DNA from: the human T2T-CHM13v2.0 reference genome, Homo sapiens
Length of the DNA: 64,000 nucleotides
Direction: 5' to 3' (one strand)
Assembly: GCF_009914755.1 (NCBI RefSeq)
Contig: NC_060932.1
A program made the translations under genes and the position numbers. The notes under the pieces were generated by a model. The model had not been told where the DNA came from and made no database searches. It saw nothing but the letters and a program-made list of their open reading frames with translations. Below are positions 53,006-64,000 of the stretch, one piece after another; the stretch's first letter is position 1; each line of letters begins with the position of its first letter.

Positions 53006-54039
53006 CACAGGGACACAGTCATGTCCGCGCCTCCTGCAATCAGATGCCCGCGTGGGGAGTCTCACCTTGGAAACTGAGGGGAAACTGACTGTGGGCCCTC
53101 TGTTCCCGAGTGAGATGCCTTCTCCCCACTTTCTGCAGAATTTGTGAAGGGGTGGTGCCTGCGTTTCCAGGTCAACTAAACCTGAGGGTCTGCTTCAGTG
53201 ATGGCAGCGATGGGATGGCCCGAGTCTGAGCTGGCTGCCCCGTGTCCCCTGGGTAACAGGAGCCCCGCCTCCCTCCACAGGCCTTGTGAATGGTGGTGGC
53301 TGGGATAGAGGTAGCCCCGTGTGTGGACCATGGCCTGCCCCATTCCTTTCACACAGAGCAGTGTGGCCCTGGGCCCAGGGCTCCTGCGTCCGATGGCTTC
53401 TACTTCAGGTCCTGCCCTGCGGCCCCGACGTCTTCTCTCCCGTCCCCTCCACCGGCGCCCGTGAAGGCAGGTGCAGTCAGATGTGTCCACCCCGAGGCGT
53501 GTGGGTCTGTCTCCCCGAAGTCGGGAGAGCTCAGTAGAGCTGTCAGTCACAGTTTTAAAGGACGATTCATGCTCTTTCCTTTCCACCAACCCTCTCCCGC
53601 TCACCCACAGAGCCCAACCTGCCACACACACGGCTCCCAGGTGAGCTCCGTCCCCGCCCCGCCCAGCCACCAAGGTCACCTTCCGAAGGAACCATGAGAG
53701 CCTGTGAGGCTCTGCCTCAGAATCCCTTGTTGCCTCCTAACTTTTATTTTGAACAACACCTCAACTCCCTTTTTAATGTTCCGCTCCCTCCTGAACGCCC
53801 TCCGCTCACCTCTCTGCCTGCCCCTCCACCCCCCCGCCCCATCCTTCTGGGCAGATGCTGCTGCTGTCCCCTGCCTGTCCACCTTGTCCGTGCCTTTCCT
53901 GGGACGTCTGTGCTCGCTCCCCCAGATTACTATTTAACATCCTGCTTGTCCTTCAAGGTTCAGGCCAGATGGCATTACGTGGCGTCTCCTCTGTGGGCCC
54001 CGGGCTGTCACGCTGGATGGCAGAGTGTGTGCCTCTGTA

Positions 54040-54187
54040 GCTGACGTGGAAGAGCCAGTGTCTTTCTGAGGGCCCGTGCAGGCCAGTGCTGGCGTGGAAG
54101 AGCCGGTGTCCTCCCGAGGGCCCGTGCAGGCCAGCGCTGACGTGGAAGAGCCGGTGTCCTCCCGAGGGCCCGTGCAGGCCAGTGCTG
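54040..54187. repeat. 48-bp tandem repeat, 3 copies
   Basis: gtggaagagcc starts at 54046, 54094 and 54142. Confidence 0.93.
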
Positions 54188-54736
54188 TCCCTGCAGTCTT
54201 GATATCTGACGCACATGCTCATTCCCTCTCCCACCCTTGTGGGCTCAGGGTCCTTGACACTAGTTCAGGGCTGGGGGTTAGGTCACCTGCCCTCATGTTC
54301 TCAGGAAAGTGGATGGAAGCTGGCTTTGAACCCAGGCCTACCCGGCCCCCAAGTCTGAATTCTTTCCCATGAAGACCTTGCACTCGTGTGTCTGTGCACT
54401 TGCTACAGCTTCCTTGTGTGAGGATCACCTGTAAATGCCGTGCTCCCAAAGTGTTTGTGTCTATTCTGCAGGCAGAGCCAAGTTCATAGTCACTCAGGGA
54501 CCTACATACAGGGGACTCAATACCCATGGATTTTAGTGTTTTCCTGAAAGATAATACAGATTTGCTCATAACTTTTGTGCCTGAAAGGAGATGTAACAGA
54601 GCTGTAGCTGAAGTCAAGGTTTCAATATTGAAACTGGGATAAAATAGACCATTGTTATTTCATCTAAGTAATTTCTGTTCACCTATATACAATTAAGAAA
54701 GTATATTCGCTGTGTGCATGTGACAGGTCGTTACTA

Positions 54737-54998
54737 CCAAACACCACATGATCTCATTCGTAAGTGGGAGTTGAACAATGAGAACACATGGACATAGAGG
54801 GGAATGTCACACACTGGGGCCTGTCGGTGGGTGGGGGGGAAGAGGGGAGGGAGAGCATTAGAACAAATACCTATTGCATGCGGGGCTTAAAACCTGGATG
54901 ATGGATTGATGGTTGCAGCAAACCACCATGGCACCTGTATACCTATGTAAGCTGCACGTTCTGCACATGTATCCCAGAACTTAGTAAAATTAAAAAAA
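54737..54998 (+). mobile_element. L1PA7/8-type 3' end
   Basis: gtgggagttgaacaatgagaacacatggac...gcatgcggggcttaaaacct...ctgcacatgtatcccagaactta followed by an A tail. Confidence 0.9.
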
Positions 54999-55244
54999 AT
55001 TTTTTTTAATTCTCAAAAGTAAAAATGTCATCTGTAAAACATTTGCCAAGGGTAGCTTTTGAAGTAAAAGTTGCTGGCGTGCAAGGCCAGAGCTGGCTTT
55101 GTTTATGGAAGGGTCCACTGGCTCTGGTGTGGTCAAGCGGCGTCATCTTAAAGTTGTAGTTTTGTTGTTGCTGATGTTGAATCTTTTTAACTGCATGGTT
55201 GAGACCCTGTGGGTGTAACAGCTTCTCTCTGTCTCTGTTTTCAG

Positions 55245-55277
55245 AGTCGCAGTGCACGCTCTGCGGGGAGCCGGAAG
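55245..55277 (+). CDS. DLGAP2: 33-nt internal coding exon of the DLGAP2 long isoform, encoding (E)SQCTLCGEPE(E)
   Basis: Polypyrimidine tract gcttctctctgtctctgttttcAG ends at 55244, with a candidate branch site tgtaac at 55214-55219. The donor is a consensus AAG|GTGAGT at 55278. Translation AG TCG CAG TGC ACG CTC TGC GGG GAG CCG GAA G matches my recollection of the DLGAP2 N-terminus ...PDRNTESQCTLCGEPEEEE... Confidence 0.9.
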
Positions 55278-56881
55278 GTGAGTACCTGACATGCTGCCTG
55301 GGGTGGGCGGGGGCCGCGCGGCTCACAGGTGTGTGGCTGGCAACAGTCTACCATGAAACGTGTTGGAGAGAACCTTGAACATTGAGGACGCAGTCTGTGT
55401 GCTGTTTGATAGGAACGTGAGTAAAATAATTGAAGCAAAGTGCAAGGTGAGCGTTAGGACTCAGCAGCTCGTCTCTGAAGAAGAATTGGCTTTACCATCA
55501 AATTGCAATATTTTCTTTATTTTTGTTTGTTCGGGATTGACAAATTTCCATCAGTTTCTGTGAGGTAACAGATGCTGATACAGGCTTGTTGGCTTTAAGT
55601 GCATTCGCCCAAGGTGCCAATGAGCCGCAGGCTGAGTCGGATCTGGGAAGCCCTTCCCGACTGTCGGTGGCTCAGCCTGAGAGTGTGTGGGGCCTTTGCT
55701 GGCTGTGAGTGATGTTCATCAGTGTTGCTTATTTAACTTTCTACGCAAGTCTCCTGTGTTTAAAACACGCGGCAAAGTAGGGCCCCTGAGTCTGTCATTT
55801 GTTGACTGTTTGGAACTAGTGAAAGCCAGCATTGGTGTAATATTTTTCAATGGTCTAATTAGAAAGAATAAGGACAATGTGATAAACACCTGACCCCTAT
55901 TAGTGGGGACTCTGAATTAACTGGAGCTTTGATTTCGAGGTCTGCTTTCAGCAGCAAGAGGCAAATTGGCTAGAAAAAGAGTCAGCCTTGGGGAACTCGG
56001 GACACAGCCAACCCCAGGAATGTGCCTTTGGGTCAGAGCCCAGCCCAGCTCTGCTTCCACAGGGAGAGATGGGGAGAGATGATCCCAACGCGTGACTCTA
56101 AAGGCCGAATACTAAAGGCTTCTGTATACTCAGGGCCACAGAAGCTCAACCATGTCCACTGGAAAGGCTCTTACTCGCAATTTAAAACACAAAAATGAAA
56201 AAGTGAGTATAGGGTTAACTTGGAACTTCTATGAAACACTTAATTCCCTCATTTGGTGGTTAAGGGAAGTATGACAAGGTTTTAAAACTTTTTCCTGTGT
56301 CATTTAGTAGTCATGGAAAGCACAGATATATCCATGGTAAAGTCAGTCACTGTACATTTTTAAATCATAAGCTTCACTTTTATGCAAAACATCAGACTTT
56401 GGACACCTGGCATTTCCAGAGTCAAAAGTAATGTGATGTTTTACAGTCAGGTGGGTGGGGGCTGTTCCCGGGTGGAGCCTGGGATGCTGGTCTGGGTGTG
56501 GCAGAGGCCGCCTGTGATGGGAAAGCCACAGGTCCTTTCCCCTGGAGACCCCAAGGCTGCTGCAGAGGATGATGAAATTCTGCAGCCTGTCTGTTGGGTG
56601 TTTGAAAGCTTTATTATTTCTTATTATAACTTCCATTGCCATTCCCACCAGGGAATGCATATCATGCTTTGAGTTCATTTTTCATTCTCTTTCCCCCAAG
56701 CCCTCACCGAGAGTTTTCAGTGTGTGAGAGAAATTGTGAAATATAAAACCTTGTAAATAGTGGTTTAAACACATTGCATCTTGCTCTTCGTCTACTTGTT
56801 TCTAATAACAAATGTCTGCCTCTGCCAAGGACAGTGGCCCATGTGGGGTGTGTTTTGTTGTCACATGCCACTTACTGCTGT

Positions 56882-57146
56882 CATAAAAGAAGAGGTTTTT
56901 CCCAGTAAATCTGAATCCATGATGTTTGGAGGCGAGGGTTTGGACTGAATGAAGGCTGGTAAATCACCCCGGAGTCCTGGCTCAGGGATGGATATTGGAT
57001 GATTTCTGGGGACATAAAAGAAGAGTTTTTTCCCAGTAAATCAGAATCCATGATGTTTGGAGGCGAGGGTTTGGACTGAATGAAGGCTGGTAAATCTCCC
57101 CGGAGTCCTGGCTCAGGGATGGATATTGGATGATTTCTGGGGACAT
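56882..57146. repeat. 131-bp tandem duplication (2 copies)
   Basis: cataaaagaagag starts at 56882 and 57013; only about 3 substitutions are visible. Confidence 0.95.
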
Positions 57147-57449
57147 TCTAGGTCATGGGATTGACTCTAGAGGGGACCTTGGCTGGCGCAGGCTGACTTG
57201 AGGCGACTGTAGTCGTCCAGAGCATGGGGAGGTGAGCTGGCCCCATCAGGGCTCTCCAGCCTTAGGTCTGTGACCTCTCAGGCCCAGCACCACTGACGTC
57301 AGGCCAGAGTGCGTGGTCCTGGACAATCCCAGGGTCACTTCCCCTGGGCACCTGCCTTTGGCCTCCATATCACACATACTGTCGGCTCCCAGCAAATGTG
57401 TGACAGTGGCGTGAGGAGGGGAGGAAACGTGTTCGTTCCTGCTCTAGAA

Positions 57450-57875
57450 GGCAGGTCAGCTTCCAGATCTTTAAAACGAGACAGACCGGGAGGGCTGGTC
57501 AACTTCCAGATCTTTAAAACCAGACAGACTGGGAGGGCAGGTCAGCTTCCAGATCTTTAAAACCAGACAGACTGGGAGGGCAGGTCAGCTTCCAGATCTT
57601 TAAAACGAGACAGACTGGAAGGGCAGGTCGGCTTCCAGATATTTAAAACAAGACAGAATGGGAGGGCAGGTCAGATTCCAGATATATAAAATGAGACAGA
57701 CTGGGAGGGCAGGTCAGCTTCCAGATATTTAAAGCGAGACAGACTGGGAGGGCAGGTCAGCTTCCAGATCTTTAAAATGAGACAGACTGGGAGGGCAGGT
57801 CAGCTTCCAGATCTTTAAAACGAGACAGACTGGGAGGGCAGGTCAGCTTCCAGATCTTTAAAACGAGACAGACTG
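57450..57875. repeat. 43-bp minisatellite, about 10 copies
   Basis: Unit gggcaggtcagcttccagatctttaaaacgagacagactggga. Confidence 0.97.
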
Positions 57876-57933
57876 TACTCCAAATAAGAAGACTCCCCCT
57901 GTCCGGTGGGGAGCCCCGCAGAAGTCGGGGGGC

Positions 57934-57952
57934 TCTCCAGCAGAGGGTGGGG
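57934..57952 (+). promoter_or_regulatory. Candidate CTCF site
   Basis: CCAGCAGAGGGTGG (57937-57950) resembles the CTCF core CCASYAGRKGGCR, with one mismatch at the conserved C. Confidence 0.35.
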
Positions 57953-59782
57953 ATGGGAGGGGGGGCTGGGCAGTGGGGGGTGGGGCTCCCTGCTCTGGCC
58001 TGCCCCTTCTCACTGGGCTGCGGTTCTCTGAAGCCACCCCGTGTTTCAGATGTACGAGTGCAGTTGCTCCAGATCAGGGAGGAGGAAGGGTTTGTGGCGA
58101 GGTCTCAGCTGTGCTTTAGTTTTCCCAAAGCACTGTCATATGAATATTCATATATTTTTAAAATCATTTAAGTAATTAGTCTAAGTGAGAGCTGGCTGGG
58201 CGCAGAGAGTGGAATCTGAAATCAGCCTTTTTGTTTGGTAATTTCTTCAGCAGCTTCTGCGAGTTAACTCATAAATGTCATGGCACAGAAATGACCAGCC
58301 AGAGGCTGGTGGCAGCGTGTGCGGCTCGGATGTGGGTGTGCAGCGCTCATTACATCCAGAAGGTTAAGGCACCACCTCATTTAGCATCTCGCTTTCTTGT
58401 CAGAAAGCTGTTAACAGCCTTCCCTGGCTAAGCCAGTGAAGTGGGAAACACCTATTTGCATTTTAATGGTTAGTTCTGTCTGTGAGAGCTACTTCTTTGG
58501 ATACAGATTGAATAATTAGCCCAGTCTCAGATGATAATATCTGTCAAACAAACGCAACCAGGGACAAAGTTTACAGGATGCTGGAGACCTCAGAATTCTA
58601 CAGTTGGGGAATCTCTATGATGGTGTGGCCTGTTTTTCAGAGAACTTAAAATTTTAATTGTATATAAAATGTAGATCATGATCTCAATATGCAAATTACT
58701 TACATGTTCTGTATTACGAGGTTTTGAAACTTGTGAGACTATGTTTTCATGAGATAAAAATGTTTAAAAGATTGATTATTATTTACTGGTACCTTTGTTC
58801 CTACCAAGAAGATACAGACAGCCCAACTAAATCCTTGAAATGCAGCGTGGCGTGAAAATGGAGCGGCATTTTAGTTAACGAGGGTCTGGATGCCATTCAC
58901 AGGAATGCAGTTTCTACAGGGTTCTGCTTTGCAGAGACCTCTCCTGATAATAATAATAAATTTACTCAGAACAATCTCAGTTGTCATAATAATTTGCCAA
59001 TTTAATACTAAGACGGTCTCAATTTATATCATTTTCTTAGTGATTCCTGTTACCTTTTAGATAAAGGCAGTAACCAGTTACTATATAGCAATAAGAGGGC
59101 AGGCTGGTTTATCTTGACATAGCAAAAATCCGTGTGCGATATAATCTGTCAATTTAATATCGGAAAATAATTTAAGAGTACCTGATTCTTTTTAAGCTTT
59201 ATTGACAGATGCATGATACTACTCGCTTTTCAACTAGAACACAGGAAAATTTATGGACATTGGGTGGGGCCACAGATGTCAGTTCATGGATTTGTCTGTT
59301 GGTTTACATTTTTATGGCTTGATTTGTCACCACAGCAGATAGATTTTCCGATGTGGGAAGACAGATAATGATGCCTGGTGGGGCCGGGAGAATGTATTTG
59401 AAATCCACAGTGACGTATTAACAGTGTCTTCGATCTGTGTTATTTGCCCCCATTAAATCTAAGAAATAAAATCAGCTATTAATATTATTATATAAATGTA
59501 GCATTAGAAAATGCTACAAAAATGTTGGGATACGTTGACATGAACGATTCTTTAGCAATCGAGGCCTCAAGATTGGAACTTTAAGAAGCAATAGATGATT
59601 GTGATGGCAGAAATATATATTGGATTATTTGGGTAATGTTTTAGAAATTCCAGGCTAAAAGCAAAATTCAAGTCTTAAAAAAACTAAGTAGTTTAAGGTA
59701 AGAGATTTTCTTTCTAAATCTGTTTTCATTTTTGTTGTTTTTACTTTGGTTATTGGAAAACACAATCTGCATGCTGCCCTTG

Positions 59783-59851
59783 GAATTTTGGGAAGACCTA
59801 CAGAATCTTATATTTTAGAATTTTGGGAAGACATACAGAATCCTATATTTT
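59783..59851. repeat. 35-bp tandem duplication
   Basis: gaattttgggaagac.tacagaatc.tatatttta at 59783 and 59818. Confidence 0.85.
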
Positions 59852-60979
59852 ATCACAACTAGGAGGAACCCAGGCCACCTCTTCTCCCTTCATAACTCAT
59901 AATCAAGATATTGGGAAAGTTTTCGTGCAGTTAGTAGCATTAAGTTCTTGCTTTTTAAATACAAGATATTCAAGATTTTCCCCACAAGTGACTCGAAACA
60001 ATGCAGTCTCCTTAGTGGGTTTTTGTTTTTAACCTTAATTGAATATGTGTTGTCTTAACATTTTAAGACCTCTTAACAATTCTGGGGAAAAAATGATAGG
60101 ATTGCTTCTTGAAATTGCATATTGAAGAGCTTAGAAAGAACCCCAGCCCTGTTCTCTGCTCTCTGTGGAGAGGGAGGGCACCACTGTTTCAAAGACAGCT
60201 GCCACCCTGTCTCTCTGAGACCACAGCTCTTTAATTGAATGCTTTGTATAAAAATGATCTTTTCTGATTGCTATTTGTGGTTTTTAGTGATTATTGTTGC
60301 TTAAGAACTAAAAAGTTCCACTAATATTTGAAGGAAAACAGACTCAGCTCTAGCCAGTCTGTCTTCTAGGACCTGAACATGGTTAGGGTTTTGGTGGAAA
60401 TCAGAAAACAGTCTCTAGGGTAAGAGGGAGAATGCTGCTCCTCTCTTAGTCTAGATGGAAGACTGAGTTGACCCCTGTCCCATGCCCACTAAGAATAAAT
60501 AAAATGCTGTACAATATGTAACACAATTTATTTCAGTGCATAGTTGAGCTTGGATGAAAACAAAAGAAAGGGGATCCCCTGAGCCCCAAGAACTAAGAAG
60601 GAATTCCAACCAGGGGATCAGCACAAGTTCCAGCTGCAGTCGCTCCTGAGATGCAATCCCAGAAAGGGGCCTGGGATGGGGCTGGGGTTGCGGTCTGTGC
60701 CCTGTCAGGTAGGGGTGGTGGAAACACTGTAATTGAGCCCCTTGAATCAAACCCAGACACTCACCGAGCTTCCCCGTTTGTGAGAAAAGAACTGGAAAAA
60801 CATGCCTGAGAAAGTGTGGAGGAAGCTCATCGCACATCCAGGGCCATGGATAGGATATAAAGTTACCAATGAGAAATGCACACTCCAGGTATGGATCTGA
60901 GATCTGAATTTATACTACCTGTATGTTGCAGAAGGACCACATGATGACATTCATAGGAAAGTTGTTCCAGAATCAGTTA

Positions 60980-62450
60980 TGATTCTGTCAGAACCTAAGG
61001 GCTCTGGCAGAATCAAAATCACAAACTATGTACACAGAATTCTTGACAACATAGGGGTCAAAGGACTTCTCCACTATAAAATAGTACCCACTTTAGATAA
61101 ACATACAGAAAAGAGCATAACCCATATAAAGAAACTTTAAGGAAGTGATATGGTTTTGCTGTGTCCCCACCCAAATCTCATCTTGAATTGTCACTCCCAT
61201 AATCACCACGTGCCATGGGAGGGACCCAGTGGGAGGTAATTGAATCATGAGGGTGAGTCTTTCCCGTGCTGTTCTCGTGATAGTGAATAAGCCTCATGAG
61301 ATGTGATGGTTTCATAAAGGGCAGTTCCCCTGCACATGGTCTCTTGCCTGCTGCCATGTAAGACATGCCGTTGCTCCTCCTTTGCCTTCCACCATGATTG
61401 TGAGGGCTCCCCAGCCAAGTGGAAATCTGAGTCCATTAAACCTCTTTTTAAAAATAAATTACCCAGTCTCGAGTATTTCTTCATAGCACTATGAAAATGG
61501 AATAGTACAGGGAATAAGAAGATACAACAGGAGAATGAACAACCAAAGCCCTAGAAGTAATAGACTTGCCTAGATATTGGATACGTTTATAATTATTAAA
61601 TAGATTTTCAAAAGAAACAGGAGCCATAATGTAAGAAGTATCTATTATGAGGAAAGAAAGACTTAAAAACAAACAGAATATCTGGAAACAAGATGGGTCA
61701 TTTAAATTGACCACTCTGTGGATATATTATTATAAAGTAGATTAGACAGAGCTGAAAAGAGAGTTGCCAAACTGGGAAGTAGATACTAGGATATCACCTA
61801 GAACTTTGCATAAAAAATATAAAGGGAAATAGAAGAATTAAGTTGCGTGGAAGATGGCTTGAGAAAGACAAACACATGTCTGGAATTAAATGAGAAATTA
61901 AAAAAGAATGGGGAGAAAGGAGAAGCAGCATTAGTCAAAGAAGTAAAGGCCAAGATTTTCCTAGAAGTGAAGAAATATACTGGGCCTCTTTGATCTAAAG
62001 ACTCCTAAGACTGAAGCCAGACAAGTACAGACACTCCCATGCCTTCTAAAGTGAAACCACGGAATAGGAGACAAAGAATCAATAAAGCCAGAGAGAATAC
62101 AGACAAGTGTACTTGATTTTCAGGAGAGTTTTCGTAGTCAATACTGATGCCAGATGATGTTGGAATAATGTCTAAGAATTTCTGAGACAATAAAGAGAGT
62201 GAATAGAATGCAAAATATTTAATATAAAGGTGAATAGAAGAGTAGACAGGTAGGGGAGGGGAGAGAAAAAGGCTCATACAACACAAAGCACATGGTAGGA
62301 TGACTCAGGTATTTTTATAGATAAAATCATTGTTTAATGATAAACGGAATCTGCTCCAAGAAGCTATAAGAACCATCTACTTTATAATAGATTCAAGATA
62401 TGCAAAGAAAAAAATGATTACAAGGAGAAACCAACAAATGAAAAATTATG
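60980..62450 (+). mobile_element. Decayed ancient L1 (5'/ORF1 region), interrupted by THE1
   Basis: A-rich sequence with ORF1-like remnants (agattagacagagctgaaaagagagtt..caaactgg; ggccaagattttcctagaa.tga.gaaa). Confidence 0.55.
61146..61509 (+). mobile_element. THE1 (THE1C-like) solo LTR
   Basis: Begins tgatatggttttgctgtgtccccacccaaatctcatcttgaattg, contains ATTAAA and ends ..tagtaca; about 364 bp. Confidence 0.95.
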
Positions 62451-63344
62451 ACAGGGGACACCCTTGTCTGAGGACATAGAACCTCACTGAAGGGAGTGGG
62501 TGTAACCCAGGAAAAGCAGAGACGCTCTGAAAGGGAGGTTTCCCTGGCCCCCAGCATTCCCAACAGGGACGCTGTCTACTATCTGCGAAAGGGGGTTCTT
62601 GCCAAGTTCACAAAGTTTAATTTTTTGCTTGACTTCAGTCCTTTTTTGGCTTATGTGGCATTTTAGCAAGCACTTACCCAAGCAGCCATGCTTTTATTGG
62701 AAATATTTGCAGGACGCTTCTGGTTTCCAGATGAGCGCAGATTCACCTGGGTGATATTCTGTCTACGGGGCAAGGTGTGGAGCAGGAAGCAGCATCTCTG
62801 CTGTCCCTTCCCGGGGTCCTCAGAAGCTCCAAGAATCCCTCTCCCCATCAACCTGCTCTTTATGGCCAGCCATAAATAACTATTACCAAAGCATAAGTCA
62901 GATCATATTATTTGCTTCCTTAAATCCTGTCAGTTCCTCCTCTGTTGGATAAATTCCACATTCATAATCTTGCCCCTACTGGTCTGTCCAATGCTGTTTA
63001 ACCACATATGAAATATGCACCCTCTGTTCTCAGTCACCACGCACTGACGTACGCCTCCGTGGGTGCACCCGGGACGTTGAAGGCTTTACAATAAAAGCAT
63101 GATACAGTGAGGGGGGAGGGGAGTGTTGAGTGCAGACCCAGTGTGTGTATATGTGTTTGTCTGTGTGTTTTATGAACAAAGAGAAAGCTATCGAGGAATA
63201 CTTTGGAATACATGCCCTCTCCCCATTGTGTGTGCAGCTTCTGCTTGGATAATGAATGGCTTGCTCATTAATGCGTTATCCCAGCAGAAGATGCACACTC
63301 AGTGGGGAGAGGGGATGTGTAATAGTTTGTATTAAAAATAAAAA

Positions 63345-63682
<338 letters not shown>

Positions 63683-64000
63683 GGTCTGGGTGCAGTGGCT
63701 CACGCCTGTAATTCCAGCACTTTGGGAGGCCGAGGCGGTGGATCACTTGAGGTCAGGAGCTTGAGACCAGTCTGACCAACATGGTGAAACCCCATCTCTA
63801 CTGAAAATACAAAAATTAGCCAGGTGTGGCGGCGGGCGCCTGTAACCCCAGCTAATTGGGAGGCTGAGAATCGCTTGAACCCAGGAGGTGGAGGTTGCAG
63901 TGAGCTGAGATTGTGCCACTGCACTCCAGCCTGGGAGACAGAGCAAAATTCCTGCTCAAAATAAAATAAAATAAAATAAAATAAGATAAGATAAGATAAG
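63683..64000 (+). mobile_element. AluS (Sx/Sz-like); the tail runs off the window
   Basis: ggatcacttgaggtcaggag, gaatcgcttgaacc, ggaggttgcag; tail of (TAAAA)n(TAAGA)n. Confidence 0.92.

Noticed and set aside
51229-53147. 619/638-aa Cys-rich ORFs resembling keratin-associated or metallothionein-like proteins
   Set aside because: They coincide exactly with a minisatellite lacking stop codons in all frames; there is no promoter, splice or codon evidence.
55242-55252. Alternative tandem acceptors (AG at 55245-55246 and 55251-55252)
   Set aside because: They would shift the frame by 2 or 8 nt, and the first CAG after the pyrimidine tract gives the expected peptide.

Overview
Primate, almost certainly human, genomic DNA with subtelomeric character. 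It is nearly all intronic. The only supportable coding sequence is a 33-nt, phase-1/phase-1 exon on the + strand (55245-55277) encoding (E)SQCTLCGEPE(E). From memory this matches the N-terminal extension of the long DLGAP2 (SAPAP2, 8p23.3) isoform, so the window would be two very large DLGAP2 introns. About 11.5 kb (~18%) is tandem repeat, in at least 13 unrelated arrays with units of 2-131 bp. There is also a full-length old L1, two 5'-inverted (twin-primed) L1s, a nested L1 pile, Alus, LTR relics and MER5A. The long ORFs in the track are repeat artefacts or decayed L1. I found no prokaryote-type system and no new gene. The most interesting unexplained structures are: clustered template-switch scars inside L1s, sense-strand UG-rich arrays near the microexon, a VNTR supplying hairpin-embedded 5' splice sites, a tandem CRE/E-box duplication, and palindromic or higher-order VNTRs. 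Repeat subfamily calls are by eye from recalled consensus sequences and need RepeatMasker confirmation.
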